Source: the human T2T-CHM13v2.0 reference genome, Homo sapiens. From it: DNA of 64,000 nt. Within the stretch, counting starts at the first letter, position 1, and each line of letters opens with the position of its first letter. Positions 1 to 13,849 of this stretch are shown here, in pieces. Under the pieces are notes generated by a model. That model was not told the origin of the DNA, did no database searches, and saw nothing but the letters and a program-made list of their open reading frames with translations. The stretch is taken from NCBI RefSeq assembly GCF_009914755.1, contig NC_060930.1; one strand, written 5' to 3'. The translations under genes were made by a program, and so were the position numbers.

Positions 1-405
1 TGTGCTGACTGTGAGTCTCTGACTTTTCTTTAGGATAAATTCCTAGAGATGAAATTACGGGGTCAAGTGGTAGAACACTTTTAAGCTTTTTTCCCACCAA
101 GTATATATTGCTATTCTACATCAAAAAAACTTGAGATATTTTCACCATTTTATGTGAGAATGTCCATTTCTCTGCACTTTGATAGCACAGTATATCACTG
201 TTGTAGATGATGATGATTTTTAGAGACAGGGTCTCACTGTGTAGCTCAGGCTGGACTTTATCTCCTGGGCCCAGGCGATCCTCCCACATCAGCTCCCAAG
301 TAGCTGGGAGTACAGGCGTGTGCCACTTGTATTATTATTTTTAAGTCCTCTCCCTTACTTTTGATGCAATTTAAATTCTGTTGTTAAGGATGCTGAGTTT
401 GTGAG
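1..405 (-). mobile_element. Old L1M 3' fragment, interrupted by a FLAM monomer
   Basis: TTTCTTTAGGATAAATTCCTAGAGATGAAATT...GTGAGAATGTCCATTTCTCTGCAC resembles the antisense 3' region of ancient L1; runs off the window start. Confidence 0.6.
217..328 (-). mobile_element. FLAM_A-like free left Alu monomer
   Basis: TTTTTAGAGACAGGGTCTCACT...CTCCTGGGCCCAGGCGATCCTCCC...GTAGCTGGGAGTACAGGCGTGTGCCAC, single monomer length. Confidence 0.8.
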
Positions 406-2179
406 ACCAGACGGATGCTCCTGAAGACACAGCCAGCTGCGGGGGCCCGAGTACCCACCAAGCTCCCTCTGGAGCTTGTCACTCTTCCTCTGGGTACTCC
501 TTCGAGGTGCCCATCCCCTCCTGGGAGCATGACCAGGTCTCTTTCTGCCCTCAGCCATGGTGTGGGCTCCAGCCCACACCCCTGCCTTCCCGCAGCTGCT
601 CACCACACATTCTGCCCCTGAGTCCCTGCTGAAAGGCCCCAGGGACATCTCCAGTGGCCGAGCCTACTCCTAGCTCAGAATTTGTTTGCTTATCAGATCC
701 TTTGCAGTGCCGGGCTTCCCTTCTGCATGAGCGTGCTGGTTTGGGAGACTTTATTCAAATTGGAGTTCGGAGGCATAGGAGAGTGCGGCTGAGCTGTGGC
801 TGCTCCTACAGATGCCCCGTCAGCATCCTTCTGAGGCACCCTCACCCTAGCCTGCAAATCAGGGCCATAGGCAAGTTGGAGAGGCCCAGCCACTCCGCGC
901 CCGAGTCCTGGCAGCATGCCAGCAGCGATGGCACCTGGGAGCAGAGGACCCGCAGGGCCTGCACTCACGTTCACTTTGCACGTCCTCCCGCAGGAAGGTC
1001 TGCTAGGAGGAGAGCTTTTCCTTTTTCATTGTAAATGAGAAATTCTTTCCAAAATAAGAGCAGCACCAACTTCAGGAAGCCAGACCAACTCAACGGAATA
1101 ATACAAATATACATCTACACATTAGGTGGAAAATGATGCAGAATACGGTGACACACACTGACACAGTCCGTGGGACCCAGCAAAGCCTGTGATGGAAAAC
1201 TCTCCTCTTCTTCCACCGGTGTCCAAAGGCCTCCTTTGAAAGCTCTGCATCCTCCTCCCCCTGGCACGGCTGTGTTTCCCCTTGACCTGCATGCCTCCCA
1301 CCACCCTGCACACTGGGTGGGGTGGGCCCTCCGCCCCCTCACTCCATCTGAGGGGTCCTGTTCCCCATGTTCTGACCTTGTAGCAGTCCTCCTTCTCTAT
1401 GCATCTGGGCCAGTGCTGCCTCCCCCGCAGACTCCAAATTCACCCACATCCCACCCTTCCTCTCATCCCCTTCTCTTGTCTCCATTGCTGGGGATTGGGT
1501 GGTGAGAGGAAAGATGTATTGATTTTTCTCTCTTGTTTCTGAGTATCTCTGCGCAGAACACATTTGACACCTTTTCCCAACCTCTGCTTCCTAAGGGGTT
1601 GGAGGATGGAGGAGAGAACCAGGCTGTTTTATCTTTGTGACTGCAAATGAATTATGCATTTGGCAACCTTTCTCTTTTAACCGTCCCATTCCAATTGCCC
1701 CATGGGGGTAAAATTTCTAGGATTCTAAACCAGAAAAATAGCTTAGGAGGATACTATCACTGAGAAATATGTAACCTCCATATAAATGAAAATTATTATC
1801 TTGGTATCCTGAGCTCAAGGGGTGAGTGAAGGCATTTGGTCTGTCTTCACCTGTGTCCTGGCACTAACCCTGCTGGATTCAGATCACAAGATGTTGGGCT
1901 GGACTGCGGGGTCACTTGCAGCCACTCGTTGGATTTTTCTTCAGTTCATCTCAGGAGCCCCTTGGGCATGTTGTCTCTAGTATCTCTTGATTGCCTGGAG
2001 TTTTCATAATTGGCTCAGAGCTCGTCATTCGGCAGATGGTACTTAAGACTGGAAGAGTAGCCCTCTGTGAGCTTAAGAGACTCTGACGAGTAGTATGAAG
2101 GGGATGTCCCCAATAAAACCAGTTAAATAGGACTCGGGGGGAAAGCTTCGTCTTCCTCATGTTGCATACCCCTCGAAAT

Positions 2180-2405
2180 TTATTTTATTTTTTATTGTGG
2201 TAAAATATCCATAGCATAAAACTTAATGATGTTGGCTGTTTGTAGGTGTACAGTTTGGTGGCATTAAGTACATTCAAATCCTTGGACAATTGTCCCTACC
2301 CCCATCTCCAGAACATACTCATCTTCCCAAACTGACATCTGTCCCCATTAAACACTGACTCCGTGTCCACAATGCCGCAGTCTCAGGTTAACCGCCCTTC
2401 TCCTT
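2180..2405 (-). mobile_element. L1MB-type 3' end fragment
   Basis: TTTATTGTGGTAAAATAT...GGCATTAAGTACATTCA...CATCTCCAGAAC...TCATCTTCCCAAACTGA...CCCATTAAACAC, typical antisense L1MB terminus. Confidence 0.8.
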
Positions 2406-2863
2406 TCAGGCAGTGCTTTCTTCAATGTTCGTATAAATGCTTGAAGTTGAATCCTGTCTCACATAATATGGCCCTAGTAGCAGTGTGCCCATCTGAATCT
2501 GGCTACGTCATCCTCAGGAAGTGGGCAGTTGTGTTTAGTGGCTAGTGGCATCCACCTAGGGACGTCTGTCCCAGGCCTGCTCAGTCTTGCCTGTCCTCAG
2601 GGGACTTGGGTCCCCAAACCCTGCACTGAGGTGAGCCTGGGCACCTGGGTTCTAGGCATCATGACCCTGCCCTCCTCGACCCTGAGCTGACTGAGGGTTG
2701 GGGAGCCCCTGACCCAAAGCCAGGCCAGCCGTGGCCCAGCCAGCTCTGATCCTCCTCTGTGGGGCCAGGACACCTCTGTAAGGGGCCATCAGCTACTTCT
2801 TTCAAGAAGCTGGAAACTGAGACCCAGTTGCTGAGGCTCTGAGGCAAACATCCTGGAAGGAAG

Positions 2864-3230
2864 GTGTCTTCGGCGTGGGGTTTCCATAGCAAATACCACA
2901 GACTGGGCACCTTAAACAACAGGAAATTATTTTCCCACAGTTCTGGAGGCTGGAAGTCCCAGATCAAGGAGTTGTCAGGGTGGGTTTCTCCTGAGGCCTC
3001 CCTCCTTGCCTCTCCCCTGCATCTCTTCACATCGTTTTCCCTCCGTGCGTGCCCATCTCTGTGTCCACATGTCCCCTTTTGTAAGGACACTACTGAGGTT
3101 GGATTAGGGCCCGCCACCCTAGTGGCCTCATCCTCCCTCGGTGACATCAGTAAATCTGCCTGTCCCCACATGCAGCCCCATTCTGAGGGCCTTACTGGGC
3201 TGGAACTTAAGCACGTGGGTTTTGGGAGGT
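2864..3230 (-). mobile_element. MaLR solo LTR, MLT1A/B-like
   Basis: CAAATACCACAGACTGGG..CTTAAACAACAG..CACAGTTCTGGAGGCTGGAAGTCC..GATCAAGG and TAAGGACAC..GGATTAGGGCCC..ATTCTGAGG hallmarks. Confidence 0.85.
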
Positions 3231-3724
3231 CCGGCTTAGGGCACCATCCTGGGTGCTGCAGGTCCTGAGGATGCCCGGTGTGTAAGGAAGGAACATGGAG
3301 CCCAGCAGGCGGAGTGCAGAGGGGGCAGCTTGCACCGTGTGGGGCCCCAGGGAGGCGGGCGGGCAGGCACACTCCCAACTTTTCAGGGGTGGTTCCAGAT
3401 GGTTTCCATTTCCTTGAAGAAACCCAAGAAGACCTCCTTTCCTTGCACTGAAGGGGTCCTGCCAGGTGAGCTGCATGGCCCCACTCTGCCAGGGGCGCAG
3501 CTGGGATGGGTGTGGAGAGTAGCCACGTCGGGCATGCAGACATGTGTCTCAGCAGCCGTCCTCCTGCACAGCGGGGCGTATGACAGGCGGGCAGAGAGTC
3601 AGTCAGCAAAGCCACCAAGTCTCCCCAGACTTACAACTTCCAGTTCTAATTTGTATTTGTTGTGCTTTGGGATGGTGGTGATTAGTGTCATTTGCTGAAG
3701 CCTCCAAAAAATAATTCCCCCCAC

Positions 3725-3747
3725 TTTTTTTTTTTTTTTTTTTTTTT
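3725..3747. repeat. Isolated poly(T) run
   Basis: Uninterrupted T tract with no adjoining Alu body. Confidence 0.9.
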
Positions 3748-5034
3748 AGTGAAATGTAGTTTTTCAGGCAAACTGTGGTACCCACCCCCATGTTTGTTAG
3801 AAAGTTGGACAAAATGTCATCCAGCCGGCAGCTTGGAAAGGAGCTCTGAGCAGTTGGTGGAGGCTCGGTGGGTATTTCCCAGCCATCTAGAACAGAGACT
3901 CTATCCTTGCGTGTGCTAGGAACAGCTCAGCCCCATCCCTGTGGCTTCATGGTGGGGTCTCCTGGTTAGAGTCCCAGCTCAGATGCCTCTCTCCACCTTC
4001 CCCGACCCGAGGGCGTCAGGGCCTCCACTGTGCCTCCTTCCTGGCTGCCTTATGCTGTGAGCCTTGTCTTGTCGTCGTTTGAACTTCCCCTGGAAACTCT
4101 CTATTAGATTTAGAGAACAAAAACAGCCAGTGAAAAATCATAGTTGAAATTTTACAAAGGAATTACATTTTGTATTGCTTTAAAGAATGCATAGTATTCT
4201 GATACTAGAGTAACAAAACAGTAAGAGACAGATGTCTTTAGGCAACTATTTAATGAATAAATGAGAGTGATTGAATGGGAGCGTTTAAATTGGGCATTTT
4301 CTGTGCAATATTAATTATACTGCATGCTTAGTAAATTCCTTTTTCAAAGATAGTTCAAAGGCAGATGTCAATCTGGTTCTGCCCAGGTTATGTGTCTGCA
4401 TACATAAACAACTTCCAAATGAATAGAGCATGCGTTAATAAGGTTTTACTAATCTTGGCCACAGGCAGTATTTAAGTCAGCTGTGTTTGACCTCTACCAC
4501 ACTGGACATAAGAAGATTCATTTAAAAGTGGTGTGGCTAAAACTGATCTTTTGAATGGGCTACATTGTACAGGCATTTCAGCTACACTTAATTTTAAAGT
4601 GAGGCTTCTCCAGTGGGACTCTAGGATCTGGAGCTTAAACTCTGGAGCATGTTTCCTTTTGTTGGCTGCAAAATAAATGGCTTCTGGATAGAGCAGGCTT
4701 GCAGGGAGCCTGGGCCTCCTGGGAGTGCAGGACTGCTTTGGTGATGGGCATGACCCAGGCTTTGAGAAGCCTCTGAGAGTGACTTGTGATGACCTACGTG
4801 GGTGATCTATGTGCAGAGCTATGCAGGAGCTGTCAGCAGCCACAGGGGCATGTGCTAGATCTGCCGTGTCTGTCTCTTGTTTTCATGCTGGTATGCTCTC
4901 ATCAGGCAGGAATGTTGTCTTTTCTGATTAAATTGTGTATGGGCCAGAAGGTGACGATAGGAGAGAAGCTATATACAAGCAACGCTGTCACTCGGCGGGC
5001 TCAGGGCTTTTGGCCTGAGAAGACTAAATGACGT

Positions 5035-5572
<538 letters not shown>

Positions 5573-5787
5573 ATGGTCTGTTTAATTTGGATCTATCTCT
5601 ATTTTTTGTCTTTTTCTATTTCCCATTTTCCAGTATTCTGAGGGATGGTCATCCTCCTTGCAGAGACAGTTTGCCTGACAGGGTTGGAAGCCCCCACACT
5701 GGGAGTGAGTTAGGAACTGCGTTCTTGCCCCTGTGCTGGCTGCAGAGTTCTGGATAGGATATTTGAAAATCCCTGAAAGTGGGGTGC

Positions 5788-6131
5788 TGTATTAGTCTGT
5801 TCTCACACTGCTATTAAAGACATACCCAAGACTGGGTAATTTATAAAGGAAAGAGGTTTAATTGACTCACAGTTCCACATGGCTGGGGAGGCCTCACAAT
5901 CATGGTGGAAGGTGAATGAGCAGCAAAGTCACGTCTTACATGGCAGCAGGCCAGAGAGTTTGGGTAGGGACTCCCCTTTATAAAACCACCAGATCTCGTG
6001 AGACTTAGTCACTATCACGAGAACAGCATGGGAAAGGTCTGCCCTCACTGGCTCTCCCCTGTGACACGTGGGAGTTATGGAAGCTACAATTCAAGATGAG
6101 ATTTGGGTGGGGACACAGCCAAACCATATCA
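5788..6131 (-). mobile_element. THE1 (C/D-like) solo LTR with 5-bp TSD GGTGC
   Basis: Begins TGTATTAGTCTGTTCTCACACTGC, ends GGGGACACAGCCAAACCATATCA; GGTGC at 5783-5787 and 6132-6136. Confidence 0.95.
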
Positions 6132-7244
6132 GGTGCAGACAAGGTCCCCTCTACGGTGTCATCCTGTTCTAAATGTTGACATGAGCCCTGCAGAGTATTC
6201 ATATTACATTTTGAAAATTGTTTCCCTCATGACTGAGCATTTACTTACTGTTGGATAATAAATCAGATGCTATCCATCTTGGCCAGGAGTGTTAAGAACA
6301 GTCTAGAAAGTTCTGCCTGGGAACCCCCCGAGTCCTGTGCTTCAGTTTTGCCTCAAGACTTGGTGTCTGGACACTTGTGCCCTTTCTCAGGTGAGCCCCA
6401 CCCAGATCGAGGGCATCAGGTCCAGGAACAGGAGGGGCTTCCCCAGCTTATGGGAGGGAAAACTCAACACTGCTGTCTTCATAGAGATGGTTTTGCAATT
6501 GGGAATATTCTCTTTAAAAACTCAGAAAATTTCTAGGTAAAACAAGTAAGTTGTGTGATTTTTCCAGCAAGCGTAGAAAAAAGCCAAAACAAAACAGTGC
6601 ATGCTCTTATCCCTCCATCTTAATACCTCTGAAGAAACAAAGCATGAAGGTTTCATATTCAGAGTTCAAGGAAGAAAAGTTGCTCTGTGATGGTTATTAT
6701 TTTAAAGGTTTGAAGAGCTATGTATCCCATTTGTATGTGTGGTGAGCTTTGAAGCTAAAATGCAGAGGGATAGAGATGTTGTCCACGAGGGAGTGCCTTA
6801 GGGTTGCTCCCAGAGACCAAGGCTTGGCTGGCAGCATGCGGGTCTGACTCGGTGACCCTGACCACCTTAGGTGTGTTCACCTGGGAGAGGAAACCAGGGA
6901 GGAACACGGGGGACGTGGGGTCCAATCTTCATGTTCCTGAACAGAACCTGTACTTTTCTGGACCATAAACTCCTGCTCAGCTTTGTCCCCTGGGTTTCTT
7001 CAAAGTGGTCACCGTTCACTGGGACGCTCTTCCTGTGCCTTAGCTTGGAGCGGGTCGGGGGCTGCAAACCTCTGGTTCTCATGGGTCCATTCTGTCTGGG
7101 GAGCATCAATCAGGATTATGGTCCCATTGCCACCAACAAGCAGAAAGGAGCCACGATGACCACACTGCATGGCTTGTTTGGTCCTGGCTGTGGAGACGCG
7201 TGCACCCTTTTCACCTCTCTCCATTAGAGAACAAAATTAAGTAA

Positions 7245-7412
7245 GCAGAGGTCTGGACTTAAGTCTTCATTTGCTCTTCGAGCTGTGCCACCGTGGGCTG
7301 GCTTCTGGGCTCCTCTGGTTTTCAGTTTGCTCACCTGTGAAAGGAGAATAAGAGCACCGCTGGCTTCCCTGGATGGTGGTGAGAACAGAGTGAGGTCATG
7401 GGTGTGCAGCAT
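7245..7412 (+). mobile_element. MIR fragment
   Basis: CTCTGGTTTTCAGTTTGCTCACCTGTGAAAGGAGAATAA...GGATGGTGGTGAGAACAGAGTGAG, degenerate MIR core. Confidence 0.6.
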
Positions 7413-8972
7413 GTCCCAAGCTGCTCTTGTCCTAGGAATGCCGCCAGCATGGGTGGGTCTAAGTTTGAACCCAAGTGGTGTTTACTGAAAGGTTCAGACC
7501 CACCTGGGGGACCTGAGCATGCTTCCCTGTGGCTCTCTGGGCCTAAGGACACGCAGAGCACCCTGAAAACAAGCCTAACAAAGTAAAAAGGTGGGAAGCT
7601 TGAGAAACATCAGGACATGCGAGTGGAGGAGAGGAGGCAGGGGCTCTGAGTGTGGGCTTGCAGCGTCTCTCCTGGTGGCCCAGCCACTCCTCACTCTCAG
7701 CACACAAACCGGGGAGGCCGCAGCAAAACCAAAGGCAAAGAACGGCCTCCTGAGACCTTGGTGGGGCAGGGGGGCTGGGCGGCCTCGCAGGGACCCCTCC
7801 GACAGCCACGGTGCTAAGTGGCAGAGAGGCCTCCTCTCAGCTGGCTGAGGGCGGGGGCTCCAGCAGGGCTGGCAGCCTGTCCTGGAGCACAGCCCGTGCC
7901 CAAAGTGGCTCCCACACCAAGCGTGGTGGGAGCTGGGCCGCACTGGGGGATGGGACTGGCTGCTCTGGAAGCATCGAGAAGTAGTGTCCTCCAGAGGAGG
8001 TAGAACCAGAGATCTCGCAGGTACGAGGGGAACAGATGGGGTGAGGGGCCGGGGGATGTCACTGCTGCAGATCGCCCCAGTGGAGGCCAGGAAGGCAGAG
8101 GAGGCAGACAGAGGGGCCCTGTGGGCACCCGCAGAGCAGTTTTATAAATATGTCCCCGCTGGGACACCAAAGAATTTGGGGGAGGGTGGAAGCCCTGCAG
8201 GTTCAGGGGAGGGTTAGGGCAAGACAAAATAAACAGCATCCATTTCTCTTAATAGTGACCCTCCTTGTAGAATCTGCTTGGAATAGCCTTGGGGAGCATG
8301 CATTGTGAGTTACTTGTTATTAATATCTAGTTCTCAAAATACTTTCCCCTTTCAAAAAGCTGTGCGTATGCATTCTTGTCACCCATTGACAGTGCCTGCC
8401 TTCTTGATAGCTCACAGACATCAAAATGGCTTTTTCTTCACTGTCAGGGCTGCAAAGCGCATAGGGTGGGCACATTGCCACGGTTGGTCCATAGAGCAGT
8501 CTACTAGCAAATGCTTCAGAAGTTTCATTAGCTAGGAGCGGGGAGGATGTTAGGAGGTGCAGGATTCTTCTCTGTCTTAAAGGACTTACAATCTGGTTGG
8601 GAAAATAAACCCTACACAGGCAAAAAGCAATTAATATTTGCTTTGAAATTCAGAGATGGATGGTTCCATGGAGCCCTAGCACCCTTATCAGAGAAGGGCG
8701 ATGCCACCATCGCAAACCTCCCCTGATAAGAGGAAGAGATGGGTTTGCCATTACCCTGAGCACAGAAGGCAGTTTCCCTGGAATTCTAATGCATTGCAAT
8801 GAGGCTTAACATATCAATTTTTAAAAAATGGTCATGTGTCTGTTTGAAAACAAACCTGAGAGTTAGCTGTATATAAATGCACACGCGTCGTCTATTTCTA
8901 ATACCCACACTCGCTTTATTTCTAGGTTTCCTTTTTCTGCCCCCTCCTTTTTGGTGCATATTTAACACTCAC

Positions 8973-9727
8973 GTTATTGCAAAGCAGCCTGGGATGAGCC
9001 ACTTAGGACCATCTTGGCTCCCATTACACTTATGTCTCTTAGTTAAGGATGCTAATTCTCCTCGCAACTCCTCATCTGCCTCTGTACTCCTCTGGATTCT
9101 TAAGGCGATGCTAATCAGTTCTCGCTCCACAGCTGTCTCCCACCCCTCACGGTGACGGTGGGGACTTTCCTGCACCACGGCAATCCCTCAAGTCTGCCTC
9201 CCTCCCTGTCCTCCCATCCATTCGGCTTCTCTTCAACCAGGACTTCTCGTGGGCTAACTGCCTGGAGTCCAGATTCCCCTGTTCAACTGCTTGCCAAGAC
9301 TTCGCGCCAAGCCATTCGTGCTGGGTGCTCTGGAGAATGAATGAGGGAAGGAACCGAGCAGGCCTGCTTTGTTGTGTTGTAGTTGGGTCGCTTGACAGCG
9401 CCGTGTGTGAGGCAGGAGGGCATGTGGGCAAGCTGGGACATCATCACAGCCTCCCTCCCACGGCCTGGCACCCCTTCATCCCACAGAGGCCAGAGTCCCC
9501 ACTCGCAAATGCCTGGCCCAGCACATGCTGCGAAGAGGCCGTGGGTAGTTTCCTCTGGAAGCAATTCATTCTCATTGCTGTCTGGGGTTTCCTCCCTCTG
9601 AATGTTCTGCTGATTTTTCGCCGCACCACAAGCCTCAACGCGGCATGCGCCAGGTGCCCCAGGCTTCCCCCGGCTGCGCCTTCCTTGCTGTGAGTGCCAC
9701 AGCAGCCGGTGCTCCTCCAGGCCATGG
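8973..9727 (-). other. Candidate minus-strand exon region, probably non-coding or 5' UTR
   Basis: Minus strand: long pyrimidine tract CTTTTTTCTCCCTTTCCCTTTTTGCAG|CCATGG at 9727 and donor AAC|GTGAGT at 8973; no single ORF spans it. Confidence 0.35.
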
Positions 9728-10320
9728 CTGCAAAAAGGGAAAGGGAGAAAAAAGATTCGAGTTTGTCACAGTGGAACCCAAAGCTTGGTAGTCGGATGAC
9801 ATCCCCATAATTGAAGTATTTATGTGTCTAAATATTTCACTGTCGTCGGCAAGTAAACACGAGGTGCGTGTGGGTGAATCTTTCACACCCAGGCAGCCGC
9901 CTACTCAGGCGGGCCCACACTTGTAACCTTGTGGCTTTTCTTGGAACACTGGAAGGATTTTCTCTCCTTGAGTTCCCATTAATTTAAATCAAAACTAAAG
10001 TTCACGGTGTCTCTCTTCTGCTGGTGACATTTTCCACTTCACACATTGTCAACCTCATTTAACATGTTGCTACTCGGCTGCGGTCACCTCCGCGGGAACG
10101 GCACACCCAAACAGCAGCAGCTTTTCTTCCTGCCCTTCAGACTCCTCTCTTCCTCCCACCTCCTCCTCCTCCCTCCTCCTCCCTCCCCGCAGCCCTAATC
10201 CAGGCAGGAATTCGGGCCTGCGCGGCCCTGCCCACCGTGGCAGCCAGGGATGTCCAGCCCTGGTCTCTGTTCTCCAGGGCGTTTCCACGGGACCCAGGTG
10301 TCGGAAATGCCTCACAATAA
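9100..10320. promoter_or_regulatory. CpG-enriched unique promoter/enhancer-like block
   Basis: About 30 CpGs counted in 9601-10320 outside any repeat; CCTCCTCC/CCCCGC tract 10150-10192; forkhead GTAAACA ~9853; NRF1-like GGCATGCGC ~9642; NF-kB site. Confidence 0.55.
9160..9170 (+). promoter_or_regulatory. Perfect NF-kB site GGGGACTTTCC
   Basis: Exact match to the classical Ig-kappa enhancer kB element; occupancy unknown. Confidence 0.55.
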
Positions 10321-10521
10321 AATGAACCTAAACAACGTATCCCTGTGGTGGAGCAGTCCCTGGAAGGCAGGAGAGAAAGGCCAGATGGAACACTGAACAA
10401 AGGAAAGGAGGAGGCGATGATCCCCAAATGAAGGGCGACTGATTGTCCTCGGGCCAAGTTAGGGCTAGAGTAATATTCGGTTGTGATGTCTGGAGACATA
10501 TTTAAAAATACAACTACTGTT

Positions 10522-10789
<268 letters not shown>

Positions 10790-11139
10790 TCAGATTTCTA
10801 GCTTCTCTGTAAAGACGGATCTGCCAGCTCAGGCCTGCGTTTCCTTGTGGCCTTTGCTGGGCCTGCACTCCTGACGCGCCGCCCTCCTCGCAGCCTTAGC
10901 TCTGTTGCGGACCTGAGCTTTTCAACTTTTGCCAGTCAAGCCGCGTGCTGCCACCTGCGTGCTCCCTTTGCACAGAAGCTAGAGGAAAGGCCTGCACACT
11001 CAGACTACTTGATCCAGGCCCATTTCATTGCATGCTTGGGTTACATATGTAGCCTTTGCATACTTCCCCTAATATAAGAAGGCAGGCTTTAGGAGGGAGT
11101 CTGGGTTTCCTTCATAAAGTCAAATATCCCACCAAGAGC

Positions 11140-12075
<936 letters not shown>

Positions 12076-12144
12076 TAGAGGGCTGAGGGGAGACCTGCCT
12101 CTGAGTGGAGTTAGTCTGCAGTTAGGACTGGAAGTGGGAGAAAT

Positions 12145-12305
12145 GCCAGCTCTGGAATCAGACAGCCTGGGTTTCAATGGCAGCTGTCATACTTGTCTGA
12201 TCTTGGGAAAAATCCTTAACTTCTCAGAGCCTTGGTATTCTCATTTGCAAAATGAGAAAAATGATACTAACCATGTATGATGGTTGTGTAAATTTTGTGA
12301 AAGCA
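12145..12305 (+). mobile_element. MIR
   Basis: GCTCTGGAATCAGACAGCCTGGGTTTCAAT..CTTGGGAAAATCCTTAACTTCTCAGAGCCT..CTCATTTGCAAAATG. Confidence 0.8.
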
Positions 12306-12734
12306 GTTCTACGAACAAGGCCTTGACAGCAGTGATGAGAAATGAATAGATTGGAGCCGTTGCCTACAATGGCTGCCATGGTGTGAGTCATAGCAGACCT
12401 GCAGTAGACCTTCTAGTACCTAGAAGACAAGAAAACTTCTGTTCCTTGAATTCAGTGAAGATGCCTGACCAGACAGGAAATTGAGGCCCAAGGAATACTT
12501 CCAAAAACTTGTCTTTACAGAGTGGGATAGAAATGCATTAAGGCAAATGTGTCTGCTAGGTCAGCTGTCATGAAGAACCACAGACTGGGTGGTTGAATTA
12601 ACAGCAGTTTACTGTCCCCATTCAGGAGGCTGAAGTCCAGGATCAAGGTGTCAGCAGGGCTGGTTCCTTGCAAGGCTGTGAGGCGGAATCTGTTCCAGGC
12701 CTCTCCTCTGGCTTCTGGTGGTAGCCTTGGGTGA

Positions 12735-13118
<384 letters not shown>

Positions 13119-13128
13119 CCAAAGTACC

Positions 13129-13418
13129 TTTTTTTTTTGAGACAGAGTCTTGCTCTGTCACCCAGGCTGGAGTGCAGTGGCACGATCTTGGCTCACTACA
13201 AGCCCTGCCTCGGGTTCACGCCATTCTCCTGTCTCAGCCTCCAGAGTAGCTGGGACTACAGGCGCCCGCCACCACACCCGGCTAATTGTTTTGTATTTTT
13301 AGTAGAGACGGGGTTTCACTGTATTAGCCAGGATGGTCTTGATCTCCTGACCTCGTGATCTGCCCACCTCGGTCTCCCAAAGTGCTGGGATTACAGGCGT
13401 GAGCCACCGCACTTGGCC
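13129..13418 (-). mobile_element. AluY-like
   Basis: GGTTCACGCCATTCTCC and TTAGCCAGGATGGTCTTGATCTCCTGACCTCGTGATC. Confidence 0.92.
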
Positions 13419-13849
13419 CAAAGTTCCCATTTTTATAGGGAAACCAGTAATATTGGATTAAGGTCCACTTTAAGGACCTCACCTTAACTATATTAATTGT
13501 AATAATCATAATTAATTAATTGTATCTGCAATGACTGTATTTCCATATAAGGACATACTCTGAGTTGCTGGGGGTTAGGACTTCAACATAGGAATTTTGG
13601 GGGGATACGATGCAACCCATAATAGCAAATGTTGTGAATAAAACTGTAAAAAGCACCCCTCCTTTTTCCCTAACAAATGAAGGCTTTGTCACTTGGTTTT
13701 CTGTCTTCTCTCCACCCTGGTTCTGCCGTCTTCCTGGGTGCCTTCAGCATGCGCTTGATGGCCTGTCCTCTTGGTGCCCCACATGTGGCCACTCCCCCAC
13801 TTCGTCATGTGTCCCCCACCCCGCCCCACCAACTTGATGCAGTGTCATT

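Noticed and set aside
2659-3618. Longest ORF in the track (319 aa, minus strand)
   Set aside because: Non-ATG start, reads through an MLT1 LTR, low-information P/S/G/C/W-rich composition and no recognisable domain; a chance GC-rich frame
8969-9178. Helical-looking peptide WETAVERELISIALRIQRSTEADEELRGEL ending at the splice donor
   Set aside because: An in-frame TGA lies just upstream, there is no ATG or clear acceptor, and I recognise no homologue; not called as CDS
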